Shown: positions 1-11,100 of the stretch, one piece after another | Layout of the letters: the number at the start of each line of letters is the position of its first letter | Numbering within the stretch: position 1 is the stretch's first letter | Source of the DNA: Octopus vulgaris | Lineage: Eukaryota | Direction of reading: 5' to 3' | NCBI GenBank assembly: GCA_951406725.2 | Contig: OX597819.1 | Coordinates: 90,458,001 to 90,522,000 of the forward strand | Length of the DNA stretch: 64,000 nt | Translations under genes and position numbers: made by a program | Notes under the pieces: model-generated | Told to the model about the DNA's origin: nothing | Seen by the model: the letters and a program-made list of their open reading frames with translations, nothing else | Databases searched by the model: none

Positions 1-176
1 GAAAGTAGAATTTGCCAAAGCCCCATTACCTGCTACTGCTCTCTACACCAATTATCCTTTTCCACCCTACTCTAATGTTAACTTCAATCATCGACCTCCT
101 GGGGCCCCTCCAATTCAACCAAACATTTCTGCTGGTGGACAGAACCAGAACAAAGGTCGAGGAAGAGGCATCCTTG
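1..176 (+). CDS. RNA-binding protein, internal exon A (5' part outside window): KVEFAKAPLPATALYTNYPFPPYSNVNFNHRPPGAPPIQPNISAGGQNQNKGRGRGILG
   Basis: Open frame from nt 2. Ends at a GTAAGT donor (177), phase 1, matching exon B. KVEFAK resembles the last beta-strand of an RRM and is followed by Pro-rich and RG-rich sequence. Confidence 0.8.
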
Positions 177-849
177 GTAAGTTTTATATTTTTTATGGGG
201 TAGCATGTATGGTGCATTTAAAGAATGTGGTATAGTGTCTACATGGCACAGCATAAGCAATGGTTGGAATCTAGCTGAAACATATAAACAGCTTGCAGGA
301 CATTTTTCCTTGAAATTTTACCTTGTTTGTTGAATATCTTATTTTTGATAAGACAGTTTTCCAATGAAGTAGACATGTTAGTTTGTTTCTCTCCTTCCTT
401 CCAACAAATGAGACAATAAGTTGGGATTCTAATTGCCTAGTCAGTGTAATAACAATATCAATCATTGATTATTTGAAGCCATGATTTTGCAATTAGCAGC
501 TACTGGTACATTGATTGACTTGCTTTGTTCTCCCTTTGTTTGATATCACTACTCTCAAGTGGTCATATGACTATAATTAAATTTATGCAAATAATCTTAA
601 ACAAGATATCCTTTTCAAAACAAATGTCAAAATTACTGGAATTGTTGAAGCAAAATAGCTCTGAGAAATTTAAACCCTTTTTTCCATTGAATGTAATAAG
701 AAGGGAAATGGTTGACATTTTGGACACTATTCCTTCATCAGAAGAGAAGAAAAAAATGAGAATAACTGAAAAAATTTTTTAAAGATATTTTTCTTTTAGC
801 TGATTGTAAGTTTGAACAGTGATTTATGGAAATTAATTTTTTTTTTAAG

Positions 850-997
850 GTCGTTCGCCTGTAGATGCTCGTGGTGGGCAGTTGGAAATAGCCGGAGTTG
901 TCGTTGGCAGTTGGGGACCAAATCTTCATGGTGCGGCCCGAGGCCGTGCATCTAACATGGCTCCACAAGTTATGTCAGTTGGAGGACCAGGCAAAAG
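850..997 (+). CDS. RNA-binding protein, exon B (GRSPVDARGGQLEIAG...MSVGGPGK)
   Basis: Poly-T plus AG acceptor (848-849), GT donor at 998. 148 nt, phase 1 to phase 2, open and GC-richer than the flanks. Confidence 0.85.
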
Positions 998-1103
998 GTA
1001 TTATAATTTCATGCACCTTTTAATTGAATATATCTAAAGTGTACTTATATTGATTGTTTTTTTTAAATAATGAAGCAACTTAATCAGATATTTTATTCAT
1101 TAA

Positions 1104-1224
1104 CCCTTTGAGCCTGACCTCCTGAACCTTATTTGGCCATATATCTGACACTCCACAGGTAGAGCGGTGCTATGGTATAAAGAAAAGCCATCCACTGGTA
1201 AACGGGTGTTATGGGCTCAAAGGG
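1104..1224. mobile_element. 121-bp piggyBac-type MITE
   Basis: TIR CCCTTTGAGCC / GGCTCAAAGGG with TTAA on both sides (1100-1103, 1225-1228). Confidence 0.85.
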
Positions 1225-1496
1225 TTAAACAAGTTTTTCATCTACAAAATATTTTTGACACATCAGCATGAATAAAATCTATGCTTTGCTGAGGAGGTTT
1301 AAGATCAACACATGCCTAGAGTTATCCCTAATACTTGCTGAACTAATTAAAATGTTAGATATCAGTCATTATGTTAATGTTTTTTTGTTTAAATATTTGT
1401 AGATAGATTATTGATGCTAGTCCATTTTTTTATAAATGGACAAAATATTTAGAGGTTGATTGATCTTTATCAAGACAAGTCCTTAATTTTGTTTAA

Positions 1497-2572
1497 CCCT
1501 TTCGTTACCAAACCGCCCAAAGCCGCCCGAAAAAAAATTTTGGTTTATGAGACCAAAGCCGCCCGAATTTACCTATTCATATTTAAATGAGAATATCAGA
1601 GCAAATCTCTTCAGTACATTCGTGAAAACACGTATTATACTTCGTAAACAGTTCAACTACAGTTTTGTACAATAATCGAAGTGTAATTTTAATTCCGTGA
1701 ATTTTGGGAGATTTTTTTCCGAAATTTGTTCCTATTGTTTTCAAAATTTGTAATTCTGACAAAAAATGGATACGAATTTCATTATATCAAGCAGCAAGTC
1801 AGAATTCGAAGGATTTTCTACTGAAGACCTTCATAAATCTAACTCTATGACTGAAAAAAAAAAGCATGTGGTATTTGATAATGAATCTGATGTTTCATTT
1901 TCCGAAAGTGAAAACAGTGAATCTGAGATCTCCGATAGCGATAAAGAAAACGAATTGGCACCTGAATGGAGTGAAAATTTAAAAACTGTTTTTTTCTGTG
2001 ATTTTTCTGAAGAAATTGGACCAAGCCACAGACTTTCCCAGAAGAGTAAAGCCTTAGGCTATTTCTCTTTACTTTTTCGAATGAGCCCATTTGAAATCAT
2101 TACGGCGAAAACGAACCGTTACGCTAAACGTAAACAAAGCGAAAGAAAGGATACTTTGTGGTTTCCCACAACCTTAAATGAAATTAAGACTATTTTGCCA
2201 TAAATATTATTATGGGTATCAGAAAGTTACCCAGAATAACAAATTCTATCGTAAAATTTTGTTGTATACCCAATTGAATATTAGCTAATAACCCATTTTC
2301 TATAGCGATGTTTGAACAAAATTTTAATAATTTTATATTTTGTGGAATTTACCTGTATCTACCTGCAATTAGAGTCACTTTGTGACAAAAATTATAGTAT
2401 AGAATTGGTTGAGAATATTTCATTAAATTATCTTCCAAAAATCAGATTAATATATCGATAAATAAAAAAGTTATAGTTGTTTAATGAAACCAGACTAAAT
2501 TTATGATTACGTTAGAAATTAATTGAAACACATAAGGAGTGTATTTTGGTCAGAAATATAGTAACGAAAGGG
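1497..2572 (+). mobile_element. Internally deleted piggyBac element with N-terminal transposase remnant (ORF 1766-2203)
   Basis: TIR CCCTTTCGTTAC / GTAACGAAAGGG and TTAA TSDs. Acidic N-terminus plus YFSLLF..TNRYA..W.PTT..EIK, continuing frameshifted as FAINIIMGIRKLPRI. Confidence 0.9.
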
Positions 2573-2882
2573 TTAAGAAATATTATCCAACTATCTAAAA
2601 GAATAGCAGCAATCTCACAGAAACATTCACACAAAACAAATCTACTTGTATTTTGAGCCAAAAAGAATCTTTATAACTCAATCTCCTGTGTTTGGCTAAT
2701 ACATTCCTAGATAGACTTGATTATAATGCTAAGTTAGGACTAAACCACAACCTGTTATAAAAGCTGAAAAGTAAAGAGTGGGGATCAGAGCATTACTGGC
2801 CAAATTTAAACACTTTTACACAAATACATTTAACAAAGTATAAATTTTGAAATATATTTCTTGTGAAAATTTTATTTTCCAG

Positions 2883-2970
2883 AGTATCTCGTAATGTTGC
2901 ATCAAACAGGGCAATCCGAGGAAAAGCTTCAACAGCACTTTATGGCATGGGGAGAGGATTAAGGCAATCA
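2883..2970 (+). CDS. RNA-binding protein, exon C (RVSRNVASNRAIRGKASTALYGMGRGLRQS)
   Basis: ttttattttccAG acceptor, GTAAGG donor at 2971. 88 nt, phase 2 to 0, in frame with exons B and D. Confidence 0.85.
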
Positions 2971-3004
2971 GTAAGGAACCTTGTATTTTCTTCAATCATT
3001 TATT

Positions 3005-3710
3005 CTTTTACATGTTTCAGTCATTTTGACTGTGGCCATGCTGGAGCAATGCCTTTTAGTCAAAGAAATGGAACTCTAGACTTATTCTTTGTTAGCCTGG
3101 TACTTATTCTATCAGTTTCTTTTACTGAACCGCTAAGTTACGGGGATGTAAACACACATCAGTTGTCAAGCGATGGTGGAGGGACAAACACACAAATATA
3201 TCATGGGGGCCCCCTTTGGTCACGACACTGACCATGGGATTGCACCTAGAAAGTTACCCTCCTAGTCTGGGCAAGGTTGTTTATGGAAGACCAGCAGTCG
3301 CCCATGCATACCGGCCTCCCCTCTGCACGCCTCCAGTGTTATCCAAAGAAAAGGCAACAGCCGATACAGCTTGGCACCCATGACCTCGCAACTCATTTCT
3401 ACAGCTGAGTTAACTGGAGCAATGTGAAATAAAGTGTCTTGCTCAATAACACAACATGCAGCCTGGTCTGGGATTCGAGATCACAACCTCACGATCGTAA
3501 GCTCAACGCTCTAACCACTGAGCCATGCACCTTCACAAATATATATATATATATAATATATACAATGGGCTTCTTTCAGTTTCCATCTACCAAGTCACAA
3601 GACTTTGGTCGACCCGAGGTTATAGTAGAAAACACTTGCTCAAGGTGGAACTGAACCCAGAACCATGTGGTTGGGAAGCAAGCTTCTTACCACACAGTCA
3701 CACCTCGGCT
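3005..3710 (-). mobile_element. Cluster of nested tRNA-derived SINE fragments
   Basis: Reverse-complement matches to the SINE at 28821-29218 and to the family at 39968-40230. Confidence 0.75.
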
Positions 3711-3730
3711 TTTTTAATTTTTTTTTTTTA

Positions 3731-3936
3731 TTACCCTTTTGATACCAATTCACCTACAACTACAGCTGATTCCATGACACAAACTTGTTTTAGAACAAGC
3801 TGAATCCTGATTTTTCAGTTATGTGATTATTAAGCTGGTCTTTGGAACAAAGTTATTTTATTTAATTCCCCTCCTCCCAATAATTAACTGAAACAAAAGC
3901 AGTCTTTTAACAGAAATATTATAACAAAAGTGTTAA
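3731..3936. mobile_element. Degenerate piggyBac-type MITE
   Basis: Ends ttacccttttgatac ... ataacaaaagtgttaa resemble the TIRs at 1497 and 2572. Confidence 0.5.
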
Positions 3937-4321
3937 GATGATTTGTAACATCTGACAAAGAACAACTTTTATGTCCATTTTGCTAAAATACAGAACAGTA
4001 CTAGATTCTCTGTGAGCACAGTGTTTGGACTATGGAGTTGACATTGTCCATCTTATGGAGTTGACTTTGCCCATCAAATTAATTATCCATCTTACAGTGT
4101 ATTTTTGAATTTTTCATATTGCAACTGTACACTATTTGATTTGCTGGTGTTGTCTGTACTGTACAATTTTAAAAAAATTATTCCAATGAACAAATACGCA
4201 AAAATTTCATCTTATGTCACTTGACAGCCTTTTGTCAAACTAAAGTAGATTATGTATTGTTGTATTTGAATCCTATCTCACACAAGCCAGCTTACTGACT
4301 TTTTATTTTTCACTTTGTCAG

Positions 4322-4479
4322 AATGAAGCTCGTTTTTCAAGGGGTCGAGGTTTCCGACCTCCTACCAGGCGTCCATTGAGAGCTCGTCCAAGGCCAGGAA
4401 GTAAACCAAGAAATGCTCGAGGAACTGGTGCAGTTGCTATTGTCCGTGGAAGAGGCTGCACTGTTGAAATTTCAGGAGA
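4322..4479 (+). CDS. RNA-binding protein, exon D, RG/RP-rich (NEARFSRGRGFRPPTRRPLRARPRPG...RGRGCTVEISG)
   Basis: cactttgtcAG acceptor, GTAAGT donor at 4480. 158 nt, phase 0 to 2. Confidence 0.88.
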
Positions 4480-4759
4480 GTAAGTACTCAATTTGGGTAT
4501 CCTAAATTTAGTGATGTAACTTCAATTTTAAATTTTATAATATTCAATTGTGATAAAATCGTTCATTGACTAAGTTGATTTATACTTTTAACATGAATCA
4601 GTTCCTTGTTGGTTTTCTTTCAGCATTTTGTAGTGCACTCTAGTGGTAAAGAAAAAACAAAAACAAACAAAAAAAACAGGCTAAAGTTATGGCATCAGCA
4701 ATCAATTCAAACTGTGTGACTCTGGAATCAAAATTTAGTAATTGTACCAAATGTGTGTT

Positions 4760-5490
4760 ACAGACAAGAGAGACGTTTGCGCTGGTATGGGCATATGGCG
4801 AGAATGGATGAAGATAGTTGTGTGAAAAAGTGCCACACCCTAGCGGTTAAGGGAACCTGTGGAAGAGGCAGACCCAGGAAAACCTGGGAGGAGGTGGTGA
4901 AGCACGACCTTCGAACTTTAGGTCTCACTGAGGAAATGACTAGAGACTGAGACCTCTGGAAGTATGCTGTGCGTGAGAAGACCCGACAGGACAAGTGAGA
5001 CCATAACCAGTGGCCTTCTACATGGGATGTAGCCAGCCCACTTATGCATACCTTCCCTTCTTGGGACACAAAACTCTACTTGTGAAGACCTGTTGAGGCA
5101 AGTGAGAATCAGAATCGAAATCGATCAATGGAAATTGCAGCTGAGTTACCAGTGCCGGTGGCACGTAAGAGAACCATCCGAACGTGGCCTCGTGCCGGTG
5201 GCACGTAAAAAGCACCATCCGTTTGTGGCCGTTGCCAGCCTCGCCTGGCCCCCATGCCGGTGGCACATAAAAAGCACCATCTGATCATGGCCGTTTGCCA
5301 GCCTCGTGTGGCATGTAAAAAGCACCCACTACACTCATGGAGTGGTTGGCGTTAGGAAGGGCATCCAGCCGTAGAAACATTGCCAGATCAAACTGGGCCT
5401 GGTGCAGCCTTCTGGCTTCCCAGACCCCAGTTGAACCGTCCAACCCATGCTAGCATGGAAAGCGGACGCTAAACGATGATGATGATGATA
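4760..5490 (+). mobile_element. 5'-truncated RTE-clade LINE: RT C-terminus, 3' UTR and (GAT)n tail
   Basis: RRLRWYGHMARM...RGRGRPRKTW motif. The 3' UTR is shared with many copies in the window. Confidence 0.9.
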
Positions 5491-5841
5491 CTTGTAATTT
5501 TAGATTCATTGAAACTTAGATCTTGCAACTGTGTTATATAAATTTGAAAAAATTCAAGGAACATGAGGAAATTAGCTAGAAGATAGATATATTGCATGCA
5601 GTGGACGCTAGATAATTGTTTAAGCAAATATGAAAGAATTGTATGAAAACCAGTTGGAGTGACAAAATGTAAATTAGGATAATCAAAGAAACACAAGAGA
5701 AAGTGTGATGTAGACCTGGGAAGCTCAAACCAAATAATGAGATTCTTAAAACTTTATATATGTATGTATATATATATGTGTGTGGTTGTGTTTGTATCGA
5801 TTTTTGTTCTGTTCTAATTCTTGTATTTTCTATTATACCAG

Positions 5842-6133
5842 GACTGGCTCTTCTGTAGTAAATATGTCTCAATTTTTATCCAACTCTGAAAGTGATAAAA
5901 CTGGTAAATATGCTAATGCTGATGAGAAGGTCAATTCAAATAGTGCAATAAGCAACAAAGACAGAAAAGCTGGTGGTGTCGTCAACAACAACAATAATAA
6001 CAACAACAGCACCAATAATAACAACAACAACAGCAACCATGACTCCAATGAAACCAACTCTGTCTCAACCAAAAAGGAACAAACTAATAATGGCCCCTCT
6101 TCAACGGAGACTATAGTCATGTCAAAGGCTTAG
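5842..6133 (+). CDS. RNA-binding protein, terminal coding exon E with poly-Asn tract (ETGSSVVNMSQF...NNNNNNNNSTNNNNNNSN...MSKA*)
   Basis: tattataccAG acceptor, phase 2 joins exon D. Same frame as ORF 5780..6133, TAG stop. Confidence 0.8.
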
Positions 6134-7911
6134 CTTTCCAACTCAAGCCTGTTTTAACCCTGGTTCCTGTGACAGCAGAAATGTCCGGTGTCCACATCAT
6201 TCCATTGTGTTTGTCCATTTTTTATATATATACATATATATTTTACTCAAATCATTATTGGTAAAACATGAAAAGAAAAAATTATTTATTCATTTAAATT
6301 ATTTTAGCTTTTTGGTTTGCTCTTTTTTTTTGTTTCTCATTCATTAATTGGCTGAACAAAACATTTTTTAGTAAATTTTGTTACTCATTAGTAATTAGCA
6401 TCATTTTTTTTATGTGTGTATAGGTGTGTGTGTGTATGCATGTGTGTATACATGAGTGGATGTGTGTACACATTTTAAAAATTTGCAATCATCACCACTA
6501 AAATAACATTACTTTCTTGAGATTTTTTGATATTTGCAATTGCTTTTTTTTTTTCTTTTTTCGTTCTGTTCTTGATAAAAACTTGTATTGAATGATTTTT
6601 AAAAAGATCTTAATAGCAATAATACTAGCATGACTCAGTATGTTAAAATTAATCACTCTATGAATTTATGCAGGTTGTTTTATATGTCTTACATGAAGCA
6701 GATTTTTTAGTTTGTTTCCTTGAATTTTCAAAATTCATTATATCAACACTTGCTCTACACATAAATAGCATTCAATGAAAATGGGTACTTTTCAATCACT
6801 CTTCTGGATATTTCCTCGATTTCACAGTCATATATTTAAATTTTAAAATAGTTCATTTATAAAGTACATAGTAATTGCTAGCTTATTTACAAGATGACAT
6901 TCTAAGTATTTTAGTCTTAGGGTACTATATAGTGTGAACAACTCTTCATTGGATAGCACCAAGTATTGTAAACTTAACGATTGTTAAGTCAATTGCTGTG
7001 TGAGTTGAGTTATAAAAGGTAAAGTTTGCTCTAACGTGTTTAACTTGTCCATAATGCACCAGATGAAAGACAATCTTCGCTTCAATGTTGCAATGTAAGT
7101 GCTATCTGTATCAGATGGCTTATTGTAATATTTGTTGCTTGAAAAGATAATCCAATTATTGTTAGATAATTTTATCAAGACTGAATTGCAATTGCAGTAT
7201 CTTTGTTAATTACATGTTTATTTAGTTGTAATTTACTGATTTATTCTAGCTGAGCCTAAACCTTATTCTCTAATGCTTTTTTTTCTTTTTTTTCTTTTCA
7301 TGTTTTACCAGACACCTGTTTATAGTCCATTTGTAACAAAAACTCATTCATTTACAAATATTTTATGCCTAAAAGTATATTCTTCAGATCATAATTATTC
7401 TGAGAGCTTAATCTAAACTGATCAGATGAGAGGAGAATGCAAAAAAAAAAAATTAAAAAGCCATTATTTTGTTTGGATAATATTTGAAAAATGTTTTGAT
7501 ATTTAGTGCATAAAAAAGTTGGACTGGATTAGATTAGCTGATCAGTGCTTTTGCATGCTTTTTGTGCATGCATGACTATCCAGTTGGCATCTGCACTTAT
7601 TTGTGAAGATATACTGTATCATACATTGGAATCCTTGGTAACTCAATATGTTGCTATTTGGAGTTTTCGTTCATTGGACTATCTGACTGATTCATTAGAA
7701 AGCCAAAATTTGTTCATGTTCCATTTATGGAGCCAAAACAATCAGCTAAAGTTCACTCTTCCTTTTCTCTCTCATACTGCATACTCTAACTCTTCCAAAA
7801 AAAAAATGTTTGCTGGTTGAACATTAGCTCAGTGTTTTAGCTCTGTTTCAAAACAGTGTGTCCCCACTTCATCTTGTTATTTAAACATCTGTATGCTTAC
7901 TGTTGTGACAG

Positions 7912-7941
7912 GAACCATGCTGTGCAGGGAATTAAGCCTGT
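7912..7941 (+). CDS. Candidate 30-nt alternative microexon of the RNA-binding gene (E-NHAVQGIKP-V)
   Basis: tgttgtgacAG acceptor and perfect GTAAGT donor (7942-7947). Symmetric phase 2-2, stop-free in the exon D frame. Confidence 0.55.
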
Positions 7942-8091
7942 GTAAGTACGGCTGAAGTTGATTTATTTTTGACTGCATTTTATACAGAGAAATGTATTAT
8001 TTTTGTACATTTCATATTTGTTTTTGTACAATGACAAATTTCTTTTTCTTTTTTTTTTTTTTTGGCTTTTTTTTTCCCCTTGTGCTGGCAG

Positions 8092-8113
8092 AGGCTCATT
8101 TAACAAAGAATGA
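8092..8113 (+). CDS. Candidate alternative last exon, coding part (GSFNKE*)
   Basis: About 40-nt pyrimidine tract (8041-8081) then CAG. Phase 2 compatible with exon D or the microexon, followed by TGA TGA. Confidence 0.45.
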
Positions 8114-11100
8114 TGATGCCTGTGTCAGTGACTACGATATGCAAGATGGGCTGTGCTACTACTATTAGTACTACGACTACGACAACAGCAGCCATGATCG
8201 AGTGGTGATAATGAGACTTGGCTATCACTGCGAGCTTCCGCTGCGAGGGCAGTCAATAGTTATTAAGCAAGTACTGCCTCTTGAAATAATTAACCAACTT
8301 TTCAGGCACCTGAAAGTATTACTGAAAAAGAAAACTTTTTTTTTTTTTTCCAGCCCCACTTGCTCTCTCTCTTTTGAAAAATCTGTTTTAAATGATAAAC
8401 ATTATACCAATAACAGAATTCACCTCCAACCGCAGATGTTCTCTTAAACAAAAGACTTATTTGAGTTTCTAACGTAATCCTAATGTTACTATGGATTAAG
8501 TCATTAGATGGGAAACTTGAAAGGTGCCCTTACCAGACGTGGGCCTGGTCTATGGACGCTTGGTTTCAAAAAAACAGAACAAATCAGAAAACACAATCAC
8601 TGAATATATTGTGCTCTTTCCTTTTTATTTTTTATCCCAACTAAACCTGATGCTCTTTAGATCATATTGAATTATTTCTGATTGCAAAAAATAAGTGAGT
8701 TTTCATGGCAAGTTACTTTGTATCCAGTTTTAACTAGATTTATCTTAAAATCATGTGTAGGTCTAGTTAGCTACCATGACATCTTATTTTTTTTATTATT
8801 CTTAATTTCTCACTCTGTCTTCATGTATCTACAACATATAATGTTGGACTTAACAGGATGCACATAATGCCTTTTATTTTGTGTTCATTATATGATATGA
8901 TTTGATTTTTTTGTTTGTTATTTTAATTCTTTTAATTTCTTCTATAATTTCATTATTGTCCTATTTCCACTTCTATCTACTAAACTAAATATTTGTCTTT
9001 GTGAGTTGCTTTACTTTACATTTTTAAAATCAGACAGCTGGGACAAAGTGCTTAATGATTTCAGTTCTAATTGATATATTCAGGTTTGTCTGTCAAGTCT
9101 CGTTAGCACTACTTGGTAGGGAGGAAATATAGACTTATATCTGTTCCTACAAAACAAAACTGATTTATTAGCCTAACTATGCACCAACTTGTGACCAGCC
9201 AATCGATGGCTGCAAAATCATATTCCATAAACTTTTATAATTCACAGTTGATACTGCATCAGATGCTGACTAGACTAATATAACATTAAAACAAATGACA
9301 ATAAACACACTTGCTTCAAATAAGCAATCATTCTTTATCTTGATTTGCACCAAAAAAAAACAAGTGCAATTCAGTTTCCTATACCAGATTGACAAATCAG
9401 CTTCCCAATAGAATTTAGTGACTGACATTTGATGAAACTATATCAATTTAAGGTAAATAAGCCATTTTACATAATTATGATATGTTTGTAAAACATACCA
9501 TTGGATGAACTTTTCTCACCTTTTTATGATCAAGCATCTTAAATTCTATTGTCTTAAATGCTGAATTATTGGATACTTAAGGTACCAGTTTCTTGATGCA
9601 ACATAAAGTAACTGAAAAATTCATGGCCTCAATAGGAAAGAAAAAAAAATTGAAGAACGTTTTTGTGAGGTTCAGTTCTCAAACTTTATTTTGCTGTCAT
9701 GTGAAAAAAAATATATATATTGGATCGACTAGTGACCTTTTTAGAAAAAACATTTTTGGTTTGTAAACAGGGGAAAAAATAATTTCTAAAATGCATCCTG
9801 TTGTCCCAGTAGCTTTAAAAGGTATGACAAAAAATATTTAACATTAAAAAAAAATGAATGCAAGGGAAAATGCTTAAGATAACTGCTGTAGTTTAGTAAT
9901 ATTAAAAGGAGCCTTACAAAATGGTGTCCTTATTTTCTTTTCCCCACAGATTTGACAAAACCAAGAAGCAGACTGAGTCTCTAACTCTTAAATTAAACTT
10001 AACTTGGTTACTTCAAGCATCAAAGCTGTAAACTTTGCAAAATGCACCCATGTGTGTACTTTTACCTCACCATATGTTACTGTCTTTTTCATGATTCAGT
10101 GATTTTGGCTTAACATTATGGCTTGAGAATGTAGATTCCAAATACAAATTGAAAAGGAAGTTATGAGTTTTTTTAAACTTTTTCTTTTTTTTTTTTTAAT
10201 GAAAGATGATAAAACTTTACTGAGAAATATTGAATTTGCTACCAACAAATCTTGTTGGTCAAGCATTGGACTGGCATTATGATGCCATGCTGAGTATCTT
10301 TATTATTTTCAATTGTAATAAATATCCTAACCTTACTCTAATGAAATTTAATGTCTAGTGACATCACTCATAAGAGTTAATGTCAAATTAGCAAATTATG
10401 CTGAATCAGAAGTAGCAAGAATTGATTTTATTTCAACTTTATTTTTTCTTTTCTCCCTTCCCATTATGTAAACTTTTGCTAAATTGTCTAAAGTATGAAA
10501 ACTATCAAATAATAATAATAATGCTAACCAGTTCCTTCTTTTTCTATGTGGTCTGGATTAAGTTTGGACAAACTTTGTAGCTTTTAAAAAAAAAATATTA
10601 TTAGTGTGAGTCTTAAGTTTTTTTTAAAAAAACATTTTTTAAATTCTTTTAAATTGAACTGACTCTTATTTCATTTTACTTGTCTTTATATAATATGTAC
10701 TGTACTTGCCTAATAGTAAAATTAACTTTTTGTTAATCCCAAATGTAGATATATAATGGTAAAAAAGCTGAAGCTTTTAACATTGTAGTTGGAAGCAGTA
10801 GTGTTTTTGTTTTGTTAGAATGTCCTTCATTTTTTTTTCCTTAAATTCATTTTAATTTTTCAACCTATATATTTTTCTTTAACTTTTATGTAATGTATGG
10901 GTTCCACTCCAGAGTAATTAGTGCAAAGAATGATGATGAAAATGGATTATTCGAAAAATATTATATTAAAAGACTATGCTTATCTCTAGACACCTTTTTG
11001 TAAGGTGGCATCGGAGATGTCTGAAGAGAATTATAATCGAAGTTAAAAAATATAACTCTATTTCAGATATATATATTTATATATATATATTTCACACTTC

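Noticed and set aside
5869-6120. Minus-strand poly-Leu membrane-like ORF
   Set aside because: Antisense reading of the poly-Asn codons of exon E.
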